DNA of 64,000 nucleotides from an uncultured Acidobacteriota bacterium (GCA_963792575.1 CAWBWZ010000020.1:935788-999787), one strand, 5' to 3'; counted from the stretch's first letter, positions 19,014 to 30,121 are shown. A program made the numbers and translations. Notes: a model not told the origin generated them from the sequence alone.

Positions 19014-20725
19014 TACCCCAATTCCAGCTCCTTGAGCTTCCGGTAATACGTCGTCCGCGAGACGCCGAGGATCTCCATCGCCCGGGCGGCGTCCCCCCCG
19101 GCGGCGGCGAGGGCGACCGCGAAGGCCTCGCGCTCGGCCCGGCGGACGGTCTCGTCGAGGGTGAGGGAGGCGGTCTGCGCTTCGGAGCCGCGGAGCCGCG
19201 GCGAGAGATGCGGGAGGTCGAGGGGCTCGCCCGGCTCGAGGAGCAGGGCCGCCTTGGCGATCTCGTTCTGCAGTTCGCGGACGTTGCCCGGCCAGGGGTG
19301 GCGGACCAGGGCCGCGAGGGCGGCGCGGGTGATGCCGGGGCTCGCGGCGCCGCTCTTCGCCAGCTCGCGATGGAAGAAGCGGGCGGCGAGCGCGGGGATC
19401 TCCTCCCGCCGCTCGCGCAGCGGCGGCAGCTTCACCTCGAAGGCGGCGAGGCGATGGTAGAGATCGCGGCGGAAGCCCCCCTCCTCCACCAGGGTCTCCA
19501 GATCGCGGTTGGTGGCGGCGAGAAAGCGGACGTCCACCTGCACGGGGGTGCGGCCGCCGACGCGAAACAGGGTGGGGTTCTCCAGGATCCGCAGCACCTT
19601 GGCCTGGGTCTCGGGCGCCATGTCCCCCACCTCGTCGAGGAAGACGGTGCCGCCGCTCCCCCGCTCCAGCAGGCCGGGGCGGGCCTCGACGCCGGTCGCC
19701 ACCCCTTTCTCGATGCCGAACAGCTCGGATTCCAGGAGCTCTTTCGGCAGGGCGGCGCAGTTGATGGCGAGAAAGGGGCCGGCCGCCCGGCGCGAGCGGG
19801 CGTGGAGCCAGCGGGCCATCACCTCCTTGCCCGCTCCCGACTCGCCCAGGATCAGCACCGGCACCTCCCCCCGCGCCACCTTGCCGGCGCGGCGGTAGAG
19901 CTTGGACATCCCCGGCCCCAGACCCGGAGGCGGCGGCGTCTCGGCGGGCTCCTTCTCCAGCGCCTGCCGAGGCGGACGGGCCGGCCGCCGCCGTGCCGCA
20001 AGGGAGGCGAGCGCCAGCCGGAACAGTGGCCGGAGCGGCTCCAGGCGGGCCGAGGACGGAACGCGCAGCCGGAGCTTCCAGCCGTCGATCCCCTCGATCT
20101 CCAGATGGGCGACATTGCGCGGCACGGCGTCCAGGGTCGAGGCGGCGGCCACCACCCCCTCTCCGGCGGGACCGCGGCGGAGAAATTCGACCCGTCCCAC
20201 CGGGAGCACGGCGACCCAGCGGTGCGCCAGCTCGTCCGCGGCCTCCTCGGGAGACGCGAGCCCTTCCGCCAGAGACGGGAGGACCTCTTCCAGGGTCTCG
20301 GCGAGCCGTTCCAGGGGGTGGAGCCCCTGGGTGGTGAGCCCCTCGTCCTCCACGGCCGGCGGCGAGGCGGGCTTTTCGCCGGAGCCGAGCAGCACGTCCG
20401 TCCGCGCCGGATCGGCCGGCTGGAGCACCGCCTGGACCGAGCCGAAGGCGATCATGGTGAAGCCGCGGACGGCCGTCTCGCGCACCCGCCGGCCGCCCAC
20501 GAAAGTGCCGTTCTTGGAGCCGAGATCGCGGACCACCGCGCCGCCGTCCGCCAGCACGTCAACGCGGGCGTGGCGGCGGGAGATGCCGGCCTCCTCGACG
20601 CGGACCGCCGCCTCGGGCGACGAACCCACCACGTGCTCGCCCGGAGCGAGGTGGAACCGCCGGACGGAGGTGCCGTCGGCGGCGAGGATCTTGAGCAGGA
20701 AGCCGGGGCTGGAGGAGCTGCTCAT
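19013..20725 (-). CDS. sigma54-dependent transcriptional activator with an N-terminal FHA domain
   Basis: FHA motifs (GSSPEAAVRVEEAGISRRHARV...GSKNGTFV). AAA+ motifs (LILGESGAGKE, ESELFG, VFLDEVGD, RFLAATN). C-terminal Fis-type HTH (LGVSRTTYYRKLKEL). Confidence 0.9.
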   Translation of the reverse strand: MSSSSSPGFLLKILAADGTSVRRFHLAPGEHVVGSSPEAAVRVEEAGISRRHARVDVLADGGAVVRDLGSKNGTFVGGRRVRETAVRGFTMIAFGSVQAVLQPADPARTDVLLGSGEKPASPPAVEDEGLTTQGLHPLERLAETLEEVLPSLAEGLASPEEAADELAHRWVAVLPVGRVEFLRRGPAGEGVVAAASTLDAVPRNVAHLEIEGIDGWKLRLRVPSSARLEPLRPLFRLALASLAARRRPARPPRQALEKEPAETPPPPGLGPGMSKLYRRAGKVARGEVPVLILGESGAGKEVMARWLHARSRRAAGPFLAINCAALPKELLESELFGIEKGVATGVEARPGLLERGSGGTVFLDEVGDMAPETQAKVLRILENPTLFRVGGRTPVQVDVRFLAATNRDLETLVEEGGFRRDLYHRLAAFEVKLPPLRERREEIPALAARFFHRELAKSGAASPGITRAALAALVRHPWPGNVRELQNEIAKAALLLEPGEPLDLPHLSPRLRGSEAQTASLTLDETVRRAEREAFAVALAAAGGDAARAMEILGVSRTTYYRKLKELELG

Positions 20726-23499
20726 GAGCGTTTCTGATCGACAGGTCCGCCGGTGGAGCGAGGTTCAGGACCGCTCTCGCGCTGACGGAGCCAGGCGGTC
20801 ACCTCTCCTTGTTCGACGAGTCGCGCCGCGGAGGCAAAGCCCGCCGCCGCCTGCCGGGCCAGCCCGAGGGCCCGGGGCCGGTCTCCGCCGCCGTCCCAGA
20901 GCGCCTGCGCCAGAAACCAGCGGCTCTCCGCGAGCAACCCCGGCCCGACCTCGCCGGACTGGCGCAGGGCGACCGCCTGCGAAAGCGGCTCGATGGCCTC
21001 CCTGGAGCGGCCGAGACGGCTCAATGCCAGACCCACTCCCTGCAGGGAGTAGGCGAGGTCGGGGTGGGAGGCGCCGAGGATCTTGCGGTCGATCGCCAGC
21101 GACTGCCGGTAGGTCTCCAGAGCCTCCGGGTAACGTTTCTGGAGGAAATAGACCTCGGCGCTATTGTTCAAGGTCATGGAGACGTAGGGGTGCTCGCGGC
21201 CAAAGTTCCGCTCGAAAACAGTCCTGGCCTCCTGGTTCCGCTGCAGGGCCTCCGCATAGCGGCCGCGCTCCTTGGAAATGATCGCGAGGTTCACCAGCGT
21301 ACCGGCGGCCTCCGGGTATAGAGCGCCATAGTGATCGCTGAGGACGGCATGAGCCTTCCGGAAGTACTCCTCCGCCAGGTCGAGACGGTGCAGCCCCATA
21401 TAATTGTTGCCGATCGTGTTGTAGCTGAGCCCGAAATCGGGGTGATCCGCGGGCAGGATCCTTCTCCGGATCGCCAGAGCCCGCAGGCTGGCTTCGAGAG
21501 CTTTCTGGGGCTCTCCCAGCTGATCGTAGTAGACGCCGATATTGCTCCAGAGGACCGCGGCGTACGTGTGATCGCGTCCGAGGTGGGTCTCCACGAGATC
21601 GAGCGCCCGCCGGGATGTCGCGATCGCCTCGCTGTTCTTCTCCTCACCGCCCAAAAGGCTCGCGGCGCGCATCAGCAGTTGCGCCCGCAGAGCCGGGTCT
21701 GCCTGCAACCCGTCGGCGGTCGCCTGGGCCAGACGGGCCCATTGGTCCCCCTCGACCGGCCGGGCTTGCCGAAAACCCACGATCCAGGACAGCTCGGAAG
21801 CGGCCTCGCCGAACATCTCCTGATAGTGCCCCGCCTGCGCGGCGAACAGGGCGTCGAGCATGATCTTTTCCGCCTCGCGCCGCTCTCCGACCCGGTCTTT
21901 CCAGTAGCCCAGATAGTAGAGGACCTCGGCCTCGATCGGCCGGTATCCCGTGGCCTTCGCCGCCGCGGTGAAGGGGCTCAGGGCCGCGATCGCCGCCTTC
22001 TCCTTCCCCGCGTCGGCAAGGGCGCGAGCCTTGGAGAGCTCCCGTTGCACCCCCTCGACCTTGCGGCGGCTGACGGCATCCCGGGGAGGGGGCACGCGCG
22101 CCATGAGGGCATGGGCATCCGCGCAACTCGCCAGGCTTTCCGGGTCCGGCACGATGGAGGAGACCCGCAGCACGACCTGCCGGTCAGCGCGGGTCAGCAG
22201 GTCGGTCAGCGCTCCAATCTCCTTGAGCCGCTGGTCCAGGCAGAACATCCGGCGGTCGAGCAGATCCTCCGACTGGTCCCCGCGCACCCGCGTCGCCTGG
22301 CAGGCTTCGCGGCGCATCGAGCCCCAGCTTCCGGTGTAACTGTCGAAACCGCGCTCCACCACGGCCCAGGCGTTCTCCGCGAACGGCAAGCGGGTGGCGC
22401 GAAAAGCCTCGTGAACCGCCCGCTTCCGCTCCGCGTTCCAGACCCCCGCGAGCCGCTCCTCGGCTCCGCCGCAGAGCTGGCCCCGCCGCGCCTGGACGTA
22501 GCCGAGGGTGCCGAAGACCGCCCCGGCCACCAGCACGATCGCCGCGGCGAGGAGCCATCGCCTCCGGACGGCGGACGGATCGCGCTCCAGATCGCGGAGC
22601 AGATCTTCCATCCCCGGATAGCGCTCCTGCGGGTCCGCCTTCAATCCCCGCAGCACCGCCGCCCGCAGCCATCCCGGAACCTTGGTGCCCGCCGGCGCCT
22701 CGCGCGGCACCCCGCGCGCCACCGCCTCGGCGATCTCGCGTGGCCCTTTCCCCGCGAACGGCCGCTCGCCGTAGAGAGCTTCGTAGAGAGTGACGCAGAA
22801 GCTGAACTGGTCCGACCGGGCATCCGCCGCGATCCCCCGGATCTGCTCCGGCGCCATGTAGGCGGGAGTCCCCAGGACAACGCCCCACTCGGTGAGCGGG
22901 GACGCGAGCTCCCCGCCGGAATCCGGTTCCGCCAGGGGTTCCTCCGCCGCGTCCGCCAGGGCCTTGGCGAGGCCGAAGTCCACCACGCGAACCCGCCCGT
23001 CGCGGCCCAGCAGGACGTTCTCGGGCTTGAAATCGCGGTGCACTAGGCCGGCGGCGTGAGCGGCGGCGAGACCGCGCCCGGCGGCGAGGAGACGATCCAG
23101 GACCTCCCGCCAGGATCGGGGTCCCGCTTCCAGCCACTGCCGCAGGGTCTCCCCCTCGACCAGTTCCATCGCCACAAAGACCTGGTCTCCGAACGTGCCC
23201 GCATCGTGGACCGCGACCACATTGGGGTGGGTCAGGCGGGCGAGGGCCTGCGCCTCGCGCAGCAGGCGGAAACGTCCCGCTTCCGTCGCGAAGCGGTCCG
23301 TCCGCAGCAGCTTGAGAGCCACCCGGCGGTCCAGCTCGGGATCGTAGGCGGCATAGACCACCCCCATGCCGCCGGACCCGATCCGGTCGAGGATCACGTA
23401 GCGGCCGACGGCGGCGCCGCGTTCCAGCGCCTCGGCCCTGGAACTACGCGGCCGCGGAGGCTCTCCAGACAGCGGAACGGTCTCGGTCGGGTCGTCCAT
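20722..23499 (-). CDS. Ser/Thr protein kinase with one TM helix and a large TPR domain
   Basis: GSGGMGVVY...[21 protein letters not shown] and APE motifs. TM segment [20 protein letters not shown]. About 550 aa of TPR-like repeats. Its stop overlaps the bEBP start (ATGA). Confidence 0.9.
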   Translation of the reverse strand: MDDPTETVPLSGEPPRPRSSRAEALERGAAVGRYVILDRIGSGGMGVVYAAYDPELDRRVALKLLRTDRFATEAGRFRLLREAQALARLTHPNVVAVHDAGTFGDQVFVAMELVEGETLRQWLEAGPRSWREVLDRLLAAGRGLAAAHAAGLVHRDFKPENVLLGRDGRVRVVDFGLAKALADAAEEPLAEPDSGGELASPLTEWGVVLGTPAYMAPEQIRGIAADARSDQFSFCVTLYEALYGERPFAGKGPREIAEAVARGVPREAPAGTKVPGWLRAAVLRGLKADPQERYPGMEDLLRDLERDPSAVRRRWLLAAAIVLVAGAVFGTLGYVQARRGQLCGGAEERLAGVWNAERKRAVHEAFRATRLPFAENAWAVVERGFDSYTGSWGSMRREACQATRVRGDQSEDLLDRRMFCLDQRLKEIGALTDLLTRADRQVVLRVSSIVPDPESLASCADAHALMARVPPPRDAVSRRKVEGVQRELSKARALADAGKEKAAIAALSPFTAAAKATGYRPIEAEVLYYLGYWKDRVGERREAEKIMLDALFAAQAGHYQEMFGEAASELSWIVGFRQARPVEGDQWARLAQATADGLQADPALRAQLLMRAASLLGGEEKNSEAIATSRRALDLVETHLGRDHTYAAVLWSNIGVYYDQLGEPQKALEASLRALAIRRRILPADHPDFGLSYNTIGNNYMGLHRLDLAEEYFRKAHAVLSDHYGALYPEAAGTLVNLAIISKERGRYAEALQRNQEARTVFERNFGREHPYVSMTLNNSAEVYFLQKRYPEALETYRQSLAIDRKILGASHPDLAYSLQGVGLALSRLGRSREAIEPLSQAVALRQSGEVGPGLLAESRWFLAQALWDGGGDRPRALGLARQAAAGFASAARLVEQGEVTAWLRQRESGPEPRSTGGPVDQKRS

Positions 23500-23518
23500 G
23501 GCGGGGGTCCTCCGCCTA

Positions 23519-24459
23519 TTCTACGAGCGCGGATGGAATCTGTCGTACAGACTCTTCAGCCGCTGCTGGTGGATGTGGGTATAGATCTGGGTGGTCGCGA
23601 TGTCGGAGTGGCCGAGCATCGTCTGCACGGCGCGCAGGTCGGCGCCGTGCTCCAGGAGGTGGGTGGCGAAGCTGTGGCGCAGGACGTGCGGCGAGATCTC
23701 CGCCCGCAGGCCCGCCTTCAGGCCGTAGCTTCTTGATGATCATCCAGAACCCCACCCGGCTCATCGGATCGCCGCTCTTGTTGACGAAGACGTGCGAGAT
23801 GGCGGCCCCGCGACAGCTCCGGGCGGACATCGCGCAGGTAGCGCTTGACCCAGTCCTCGGCCTGCTCCCCCACCGGCACCACCCGCTCCTTGCTCCCCTT
23901 GCCAAAGGCGATCAGGAAGCCGACGTCGAGCCGGAGCTGCGGCAGCGTGAGCCCCACCAGCTCGCTGACCCGCAGGCCGGTGGCGTAGAGCAGCTCGAAC
24001 ATGGCGCGGTCGCGCAGGCCCAGCGGCGTCGCCGACGTCCGGCGCCGCCAGGAGCGCCTCGACCTCGGCCTCGGAGAGCACCTTGGGCAGCGGCTTCCAG
24101 AGCTTGGGCGGGAGCAGGTTGACCGCCGGGTTGTCCTTCGCTCGCCGGCGGTGACCAGATGATCGTAGAAGCCGCGGATCGCCGACAGGGCGCGCGCGCT
24201 CGATCGCGGCGAGAGCCCCTGGCGCTGGAGGTCCCGCATGTGGGCGGAGAGGTCGGCCGCGTGGCGGCGAGGAGGTCCGGCCCCGCCGCCTTCTTCGCCA
24301 GCGCCCCTCCCAGCCGGGAGAGGTCGTTGCGATACGCCGTCGACCGTGTTGTGCGCCAGCCCCCGCTCGACCGCCAGGCTCTCCAGATAGCGGTCGAGCA
24401 CCCGCCGCCAGGGGGGGGCGGGGGCTTTCGCAGACGCCGCGTAGTCGCGCCGCCGTCAC
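23519..24459 (-). pseudogene. xerD: tyrosine recombinase XerC/XerD family, disrupted by several frameshifts
   Basis: C-terminal [55 protein letters not shown] is readable ending at TAG 23519. N-terminal and core pieces lie in ORFs 23718..24401, 23761..24459 and 23516..23905. One switch falls in a G8 run at 24411-24418. Confidence 0.8.
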
Positions 24460-25731
24460 GGCAGCGCCCGCGGCCCGGCGGCTGCGGCGTGATCCCGCGC
24501 GCGGTGCAGATCTCCAGGACCTCGGCTTCCTCCAGGGTGGTCGCCGAGTCCTTCGCCTTCTGGAAGATCTCCTGCACCAGGTCGGGCGCGGCCTCGATCC
24601 CGCGCTCCTGGAGCCAGTAGACGACGTTCGACTCGCCGCTCATCGGCCCGATCTCGATCACCTGCCGGCAGCCGATCATGCCCGGCCGGAATCGACGAGT
24701 AGATGCGGTCGGCCAGCCAGTCCTCGCCGCGGGCGCGGGCCTTGATGATCGCCGAGGCGTGCACGCCGGTGCCGGTGCGGAAGGCGTCGCTTGCCGACCA
24801 CCGGATAGTTGTCGGGCAGCGGCACGCCCGTGGTCGCCGACACGAGACTGGCAGTACTCCAGCAGCCGGTGGAGGTCGCGGTCGATCCAGCCGAGGAGCT
24901 GCATGTTGACCAGCAGCGATGTCGATCGGGCAGTTGCCCACCCGCTCGCCGATCCCCACCGCCGTGCCGTGCAGCCGGTCGGCGCCCGGCCTCGGCGGCG
25001 GCGAGGGCGTTGATCACCGCGAGGTCGCGGTCCTTGTGGCCGTGCCAGTCGACCTTGACATCCTCGCCGTCGCCCACCACCTCGCGGATGAAGCGGATGA
25101 CGTTGCGCGCGCCGTTCGGCGTCGCATGCCCCACCGTGTCGGCCACGCAGACCCGCTGCGCGCCCGGCCTCGACCGCCTCGGTGTAGAGGCGGCGCAGGT
25201 CCTCCGGCGCGGCGCGGGTGGTGTCCTCGGTGACGAACATCACCGGCAGCCCTTCCTTGACCGCGAACTCGACGGCCTCGCGGGTCAGCTTGCAGCATGC
25301 GGTCGAGCGTCCACCCCTCGGCGTACTGGCGGATCGGCGAGGAGCCGATGAAGCAGGAGGCCTCGATGGCGATGCCGGTGCGCTGCGAGATCTCGACGAT
25401 CGGCTGGATGTCGGCGATCACCGTGCGCGCCGCGCAGTTGGGGGCGATCTTCAGCTGCTGCTCGACGATCTCGCGGGCCAGGCGCTCGACGTCGCGCACC
25501 ACGTGCGGCCCCGCCCCGGGCAGGCCGATGTCGGCGGACTCGATGCCGAGCTCCGCGATCATGTGCAGGATGCTTGAGCTTCTCCTCGATCGACGGGTTG
25601 CGGACGGACGGCGACTGCAGGCCGTCGCGCAGCGTCTCGTCGTCCAGCTCCACCCGCCCGCGGGCCGGACGCAGCTCGGAGCCGCCGGCGCGGTTCCAGT
25701 CGTAGATCAGCTCGGACTCACTGGGGTGCAT
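24456..25731 (-). pseudogene. 2-isopropylmalate/homocitrate synthase family (HMGL-like), disrupted by many frameshifts
   Basis: Fragments ELDDETLRDGLQSP (25285..25743), IGLPGAGPHV...ASCFIGSSPIRQ (25014..25562), ADTVGHATPNG...DWHGHKDRDLAV (24676..25146) and FRTGTGVHASAI (24456..24959) lie in different frames. The 3' end is approximate. Confidence 0.75.
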
Positions 25732-25760
25732 CAATGCCTCCAATAGACAGGATTATAAGT

Positions 25761-25843
25761 CCCCTGGGAGCGCCGGCGTCCCGCCGGCCCTCTATTCAAA
25801 AAATCTGGTTAGAAGGCCGGCGGGACGCCGGCGCTCCCAGGGG
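25761..25843. repeat. 29-bp perfect inverted repeat with a 25-nt AT-rich loop
   Basis: cccctgggagcgccggcgtcccgccggcc / ggccggcgggacgccggcgctcccagggg. Lies between two minus-strand genes. Confidence 0.85.
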
Positions 25844-25849
25844 AGGGTC

Positions 25850-26945
25850 CTACCGCGCCGCCACCGCGCCCATCGCCCGCGCCAGCAGATCCCCCACCTG
25901 CGAGGTGGTGAGCGAGCCGCCGAGGTCGGGGGTGGTCTGCCCCTCGCGCATCGAGCGCGCGACGGCGTCCTCGATCGCCTTCGCGGCCTCCTTGTGCCCG
26001 AGGTAGTCGAGCATCAGCGACGGCCGAGAGGATCGCGCCCACCGGATTGGCGCGGCCGGTGCCCGCGAGCGGCGGCGCCGAGCCGTGGACCGGCTCGAAC
26101 ATCGAGGTCCGGCCAGGATGGAGATTGGCCGAGGCCGCCACGCCGAGCCCGCCCTGGAGCGCGGCGCCGATGTCGGTGACGATGTCGCCGAACATGTTGT
26201 TGGTCACGATCACGTCCAGCCCCTCGGGCCGCAGGACCATCTCCATGCACAGGGCGTCGACGTACATGCACCGGTTCCGGATCTGCGGATACTCCTTCGC
26301 CACCTCGGCGAAGACCCGCCGCCAGAGGTCGTGGCCGTGCGCATGACGTTCGACTTGTCGCTCATCATCACCTCGCGGCGGCCGTGGGCCACCGCGTACT
26401 CGAAGGCGGCGCGGATGATGCGCTCGACCCCCTTGCGGGTGTGGATCTCCTCCTGGATCGCGACCTCGTCCGCCCAACCCTTCTTGAAGGTGCCGCCGAC
26501 GTTGACGTAGGCCCCCTCGGTGTTCTCGCGGAAGACCACGAAGTCGACGTCCTTCTCCGTGCGGTCCTTCAGCGGGCAGAGCCTCGCGTCGTAGAGCTTC
26601 ACCGGGCGGAGGTTGATGTAGAGGTCGAGCTCGAAGCGGGTGCCGAGGAGGATGTCGGCGGCGTGCTTGTTGTCCGGCACCCGGGGGTCGCCGAAGGCGC
26701 CGATCAGGATCGCCGAGTAGTTGTCGCGGAAGTCGTCGAAGGCTCCCGCGGGGATCGTCTCGCCGGTCGCCAGATAGCGGTCGGCGTCCCCAGTCGAAAT
26801 GGACCAGCTCCAGCGGCAGCTCCCAGGCCTCGGCGGCGGCCTCGAGGACCTTGACCGCCTCGGCGGTCACGTCCTTGCCCGAGCCGTCGCCGGGCAGCAC
26901 CGCGATGCGTTGCGGCCGGCGCTCAGAAGGTGGGGTCGAATTCAT
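25850..26945 (-). pseudogene. isopropylmalate/tartrate dehydrogenase family (LeuB-like), disrupted by frameshifts
   Basis: IAVLPGDGSGKDV (N-term), FELDLYINLRPVK and FVVFRENTEGAY (26210..26680), NMFGDIVTDIGAALQGGLG and FEPVHGSAP (25809..26945). The true C-term (...DLLARAMGAVAAR) ends at TAG 25850 in another frame. Confidence 0.8.
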
Positions 26946-26955
26946 GCGCGGGATG

Positions 26956-27777
26956 CTAGCACGAGGCCCGCCGCCGTTCCGTGGGGGTCCGCTTCGACGC
27001 CGGGCGGTCGAAGAAACTCACCACCCGCCCCGCCGCCGGCTGGGGCATGGTGGCGGGAGCGGCCGGAATCCGCAGCACCAGCCCGAGCTCGAAGACGAAC
27101 GGGATCTCCGGGCAGAGCCAGACCGAGTGCAGCCCGGGCCAGTGGGTCCCGGGCGCCAGATCGAGCAGGCGCGGCAGCAGGTAGTCCCCCGTGACCTCCG
27201 CCCGCATCGGCCAGATCGCGACCGCGGGGTGATCGGCCGAGATCCGCTGCAGCCTGCCGGAGGCCAGGGCATACCCGCGGGGGCGCTCCTGGAAATATCG
27301 CACCGACTCCTCCCACGAGCCGAGGCGCGGACCCTCGCCGACGAGCGGCGAGCCCGGCCATGCCCGCACCTCCAGCCGCCCCTTGTTCCGCTCGGCGCTC
27401 CAATCCCACGGACCGCCGCCATTGCTGGAAGGGCGCGGAAAGCGCAGATGGGCCCGCGCCGCCGGCTGATGCGTGATCAGCCGCACCCCGGGAGCCACCC
27501 AGGCGGGCATCAGCATCCGGCGGAACAGCACCGAGGGGACCCCCTCGTCGTCCAGCACGTAGAGGCGGACGGTGAGCTGCGGATAGCCGAACTTGAGCGA
27601 CGGCAGGGCCGTGAGGTGGAGAGAGTCCTGGTGAAACAGCAGCGCCGAGGCGAACACGTAGTCGCGCCCCTGCCAGACGTGGCGCTGGTAGCGCAACGGC
27701 GAGGGCGGCGGCGGCAGCGCCTCCGCCGGGAAGGCCCAGTTGAGATAGAGACAGTCGCGTACCGTGGTTCGCAGCAT
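26956..27777 (-). CDS. conserved hypothetical protein, DUF2071-like
   Basis: Intact 273-aa ORF with coding-type GC3. The pattern LYLNWAFPAEAL ... YPQLTVRLYV resembles the DUF2071 (COG3361) family. Assignment is from memory only. Confidence 0.45.
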   Translation of the reverse strand: MLRTTVRDCLYLNWAFPAEALPPPPSPLRYQRHVWQGRDYVFASALLFHQDSLHLTALPSLKFGYPQLTVRLYVLDDEGVPSVLFRRMLMPAWVAPGVRLITHQPAARAHLRFPRPSSNGGGPWDWSAERNKGRLEVRAWPGSPLVGEGPRLGSWEESVRYFQERPRGYALASGRLQRISADHPAVAIWPMRAEVTGDYLLPRLLDLAPGTHWPGLHSVWLCPEIPFVFELGLVLRIPAAPATMPQPAAGRVVSFFDRPASKRTPTERRRASC

Positions 27778-27874
27778 GATTCAGCCCGTCCCGGCAAACA
27801 TAGCGTGGGCGGCGGCGGGGAGCAAGGTGGGGTGCTACAGTCCCCCCGGAAGTCTTTGAACCCATGGAGGTTTC

Positions 27875-29618
27875 TTGTTGATGAAAATCCCGAAACGACA
27901 AGCCTGGCTGGGCGCCACCGCCCTGGCCCTCGCCGCGATCCCGGCGCTGCTCACCGGCGCCGAGAAGAATGCCCCGGCACCGGCCGCCGGCATTCAGCTC
28001 CCCGCCGGCGCCGAACGGGCCGCGAAGGCGATCGACCGCTCCTCCCTCCAGGCGCCCATCCGCTTCCTGGCGGACGACCTGCTGGAAGGGCGCGGACCGG
28101 CGAGCCGCGGCGACGAGACCGCGCAGCTCTACCTCGCCTCGACCCTCGAGTTCCTCGGCTACCAGCCGGTCCTCCCGAATGGCGAGTGGCAGCAGCGCTT
28201 CCGAGATCGTCGGCATCAAGTCCGACATGCCGAAGGCCTGGGAGTTCAAGGCCGGCGGCCAGACCGTCGACCTGAAGTGGTGGGACGACTACATCGGCGC
28301 CAGCGGCGTGCAGGAGCCGAGCCTCCACGATCAAGGACGCCGAGCTCGTCTTCGTCGGCTACGGCATCCAGGCGCCCGAGTACCAGTGGGACGACTTCAA
28401 GGGGATGGACCTCAAGGGGAAGGTCCTGGTCATGATGAACAACGATCCCGACTGGGATCCCAAGCTCTTCGAAGGCAAGCGCCGGCTCTACTACGGCCGC
28501 TGGGCCTACAAGTACGAGAGCGCCGCGCGCCAGGGCGCGGCGGGGGCGATCATCATCCACACCACCCCTTCGGCCGGCTACCCCTGGCAGGTGGTGCAGA
28601 CCTCCTGGAGCGGCGAGCAGTTCGAGCTCCCCGCCGCCGGCGAGCCCCGCGTCCAGCTGCGCGGCTGGGCCACCGAGGACGCCGCCCGCAAGCTTCTCAA
28701 GGCCGCCGGCAAGGATCTCGACGAAGCTCGTCGAGCAGGCCAGGAGCCGCGACTTCAAGCCCGTGCCGCTCGGCATCACCACCTCGCTCGACCTTCACCA
28801 ACACAGATCAACCAAGAGCAAGACGGCCAACGTCGCTGGGCCTGCTGCCCGGGCAGCGATCCGAAGCTCAAGGACGAGGTGGTGGTCTACACCGCCCACC
28901 ACGACCATCTCGGGATCGGCGAGCCGGACAAGACGCGGCGACAAGATCTACAACGGCGCCGTGGACAACGCCTCCGGCTGCGCCGAGGTGCTGGCGATCG
29001 CCAAGGCCTTCGCCGCGCTGCCGCAGCGCCCGCGCCGCTCGATCCTGGTCGCTCTTCGTGGCCGGCCGAGGAGCAGGGCCTGCTCGGCTCGCAATACCTA
29101 CGCGGCCCACCCGCCGGTGCCGGCCGGCCGGATCGCGGCGAACATCAACTTCGACGGCGGCAACATCCTCGGCCGCACGCGCGACGTCGACCTAGATCGG
29201 CCTCGGCAAGTCCTCGCTCGACACGATCGTGCGAGCCGATCGCCGCCACGCCAGGGGCGCAAGCTCGTGGGCGACCAGTTCCCCGATCGCGGCTTCTTCT
29301 ACCGCTCCGACCAGTTCAGCTTCGCCAAGATCGGCGTCCCCGCGATCTACCTCGGAAGGCGGCACCGACTTCATCGGCAAGCCGGCGGGCTGGGGCAAGG
29401 AGCAGGCGAACGAGTACGAGCAGCACCGCTACCACCAGCCGAGCGACGAGTTCGATCCGAACTGGAACTTCGACGGCATGATCGAGGACGCCCAGCTCGG
29501 CTTCTACACCGGCCTCGTGGTCGCGAACAACCCGCAAATGCCGACCTGGAATCCCGGCGACGAGTTCGAGGCGATCCGCAAGAAGTCGCTGGCCGAGGTC
29601 AACCGCAAGGGGAAATAG
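27875..29618 (+). pseudogene. M28-family aminopeptidase with a PA domain, exported, disrupted by many frameshifts
   Basis: Signal peptide at 27875. Fragments LLEGRGPASRG, VFVGYGIQAPEY...GKVLVMM, YTAHHDHLG, NGAVDNASGCA, AAEEQGLLGS and FFYRSDQFSFAKIGVP are scattered over all 3 plus frames. Confidence 0.8.
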
Positions 29619-29642
29619 CGCGGCATTTCCTCTTCAGACCGC

Positions 29643-30031
29643 GGCGTTCCCCAGGGGGAAAGTGATCATGATCCTGGGGAACGCCGGCCGTCTCGCCCAA
29701 GTCGCCGTATTCACCGCAGAGAATGACGCATCCGGCGGAAAAGGCTCTGCACTCCTCGTACAACGCGCGGCGTTCCCCAGAGCTCGCGCATCATTCCCCA
29801 CGGGAATCATAAAACCTTTCCCTTGAACAAGGCTCTTGCTTGCCGGCGAGGCGCATTCCCCGCGCATCGCGAGCCTTTCGCTCCGGGGAATGGCGCGGTT
29901 TGCGCGAGTAACGGGACGGCGGATTGAAAACGGATGATGGTGTGAGCTGGAAACGGCGTGCTCTTTCCGGGGAACAACTTGGTCTTTCCCGGGAATGAGG
30001 CATTCCCCATCCAGGAGGAGGCGTTCCCTAT
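29643..30031. repeat. non-coding array of at least 9 GGCRTTCCCC / GGGGAAYGCC motifs, many forming TTCC(C)(C)-N0-3-(G)(G)GGAA palindromes
   Basis: ggcgttccccag at 29643 and 29769. ctggggaacgcc at 29674. attccccacgggaat near 29795. gcgcattccccgcgc at 29851 paired with ccggggaatggcgcgg at 29883. ttccggggaa near 29966. ttcccgggaa near 29986. gcattccccat at 30000. ggcgttccctat at 30020. Confidence 0.8.
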
Positions 30032-30121
30032 CCTCACGGACTCTCCGAAGGCCCAACGGGCCGCCCTCCCTCAGCCCAGGGCATCGCCCTGGGATCGAAT
30101 GCGACGGACAGACTCGTCGGT

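Noticed and set aside
19208-23046. 509-aa and 571-aa plus-strand ORFs (19208..20737, 21331..23046) plus several others
   Set aside because: They are antisense to the bEBP and kinase genes, have no domains and show biased composition.
23519-24459. Tyrosine recombinase as the integrase of a genomic island
   Set aside because: The C-terminal motif block ([36 protein letters not shown]) is of the chromosomal XerC/XerD type. There is no adjacent tRNA, att-like direct repeats or phage genes. The low-GC islands lie elsewhere.
29643-30031. CRISPR array
   Set aside because: The repeats are short (10-12 nt), occur in both orientations, are irregularly spaced with no unique spacers of constant length, and no cas genes are present. 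The 9-mer arrays at 6988 and 35882 have no spacers at all.
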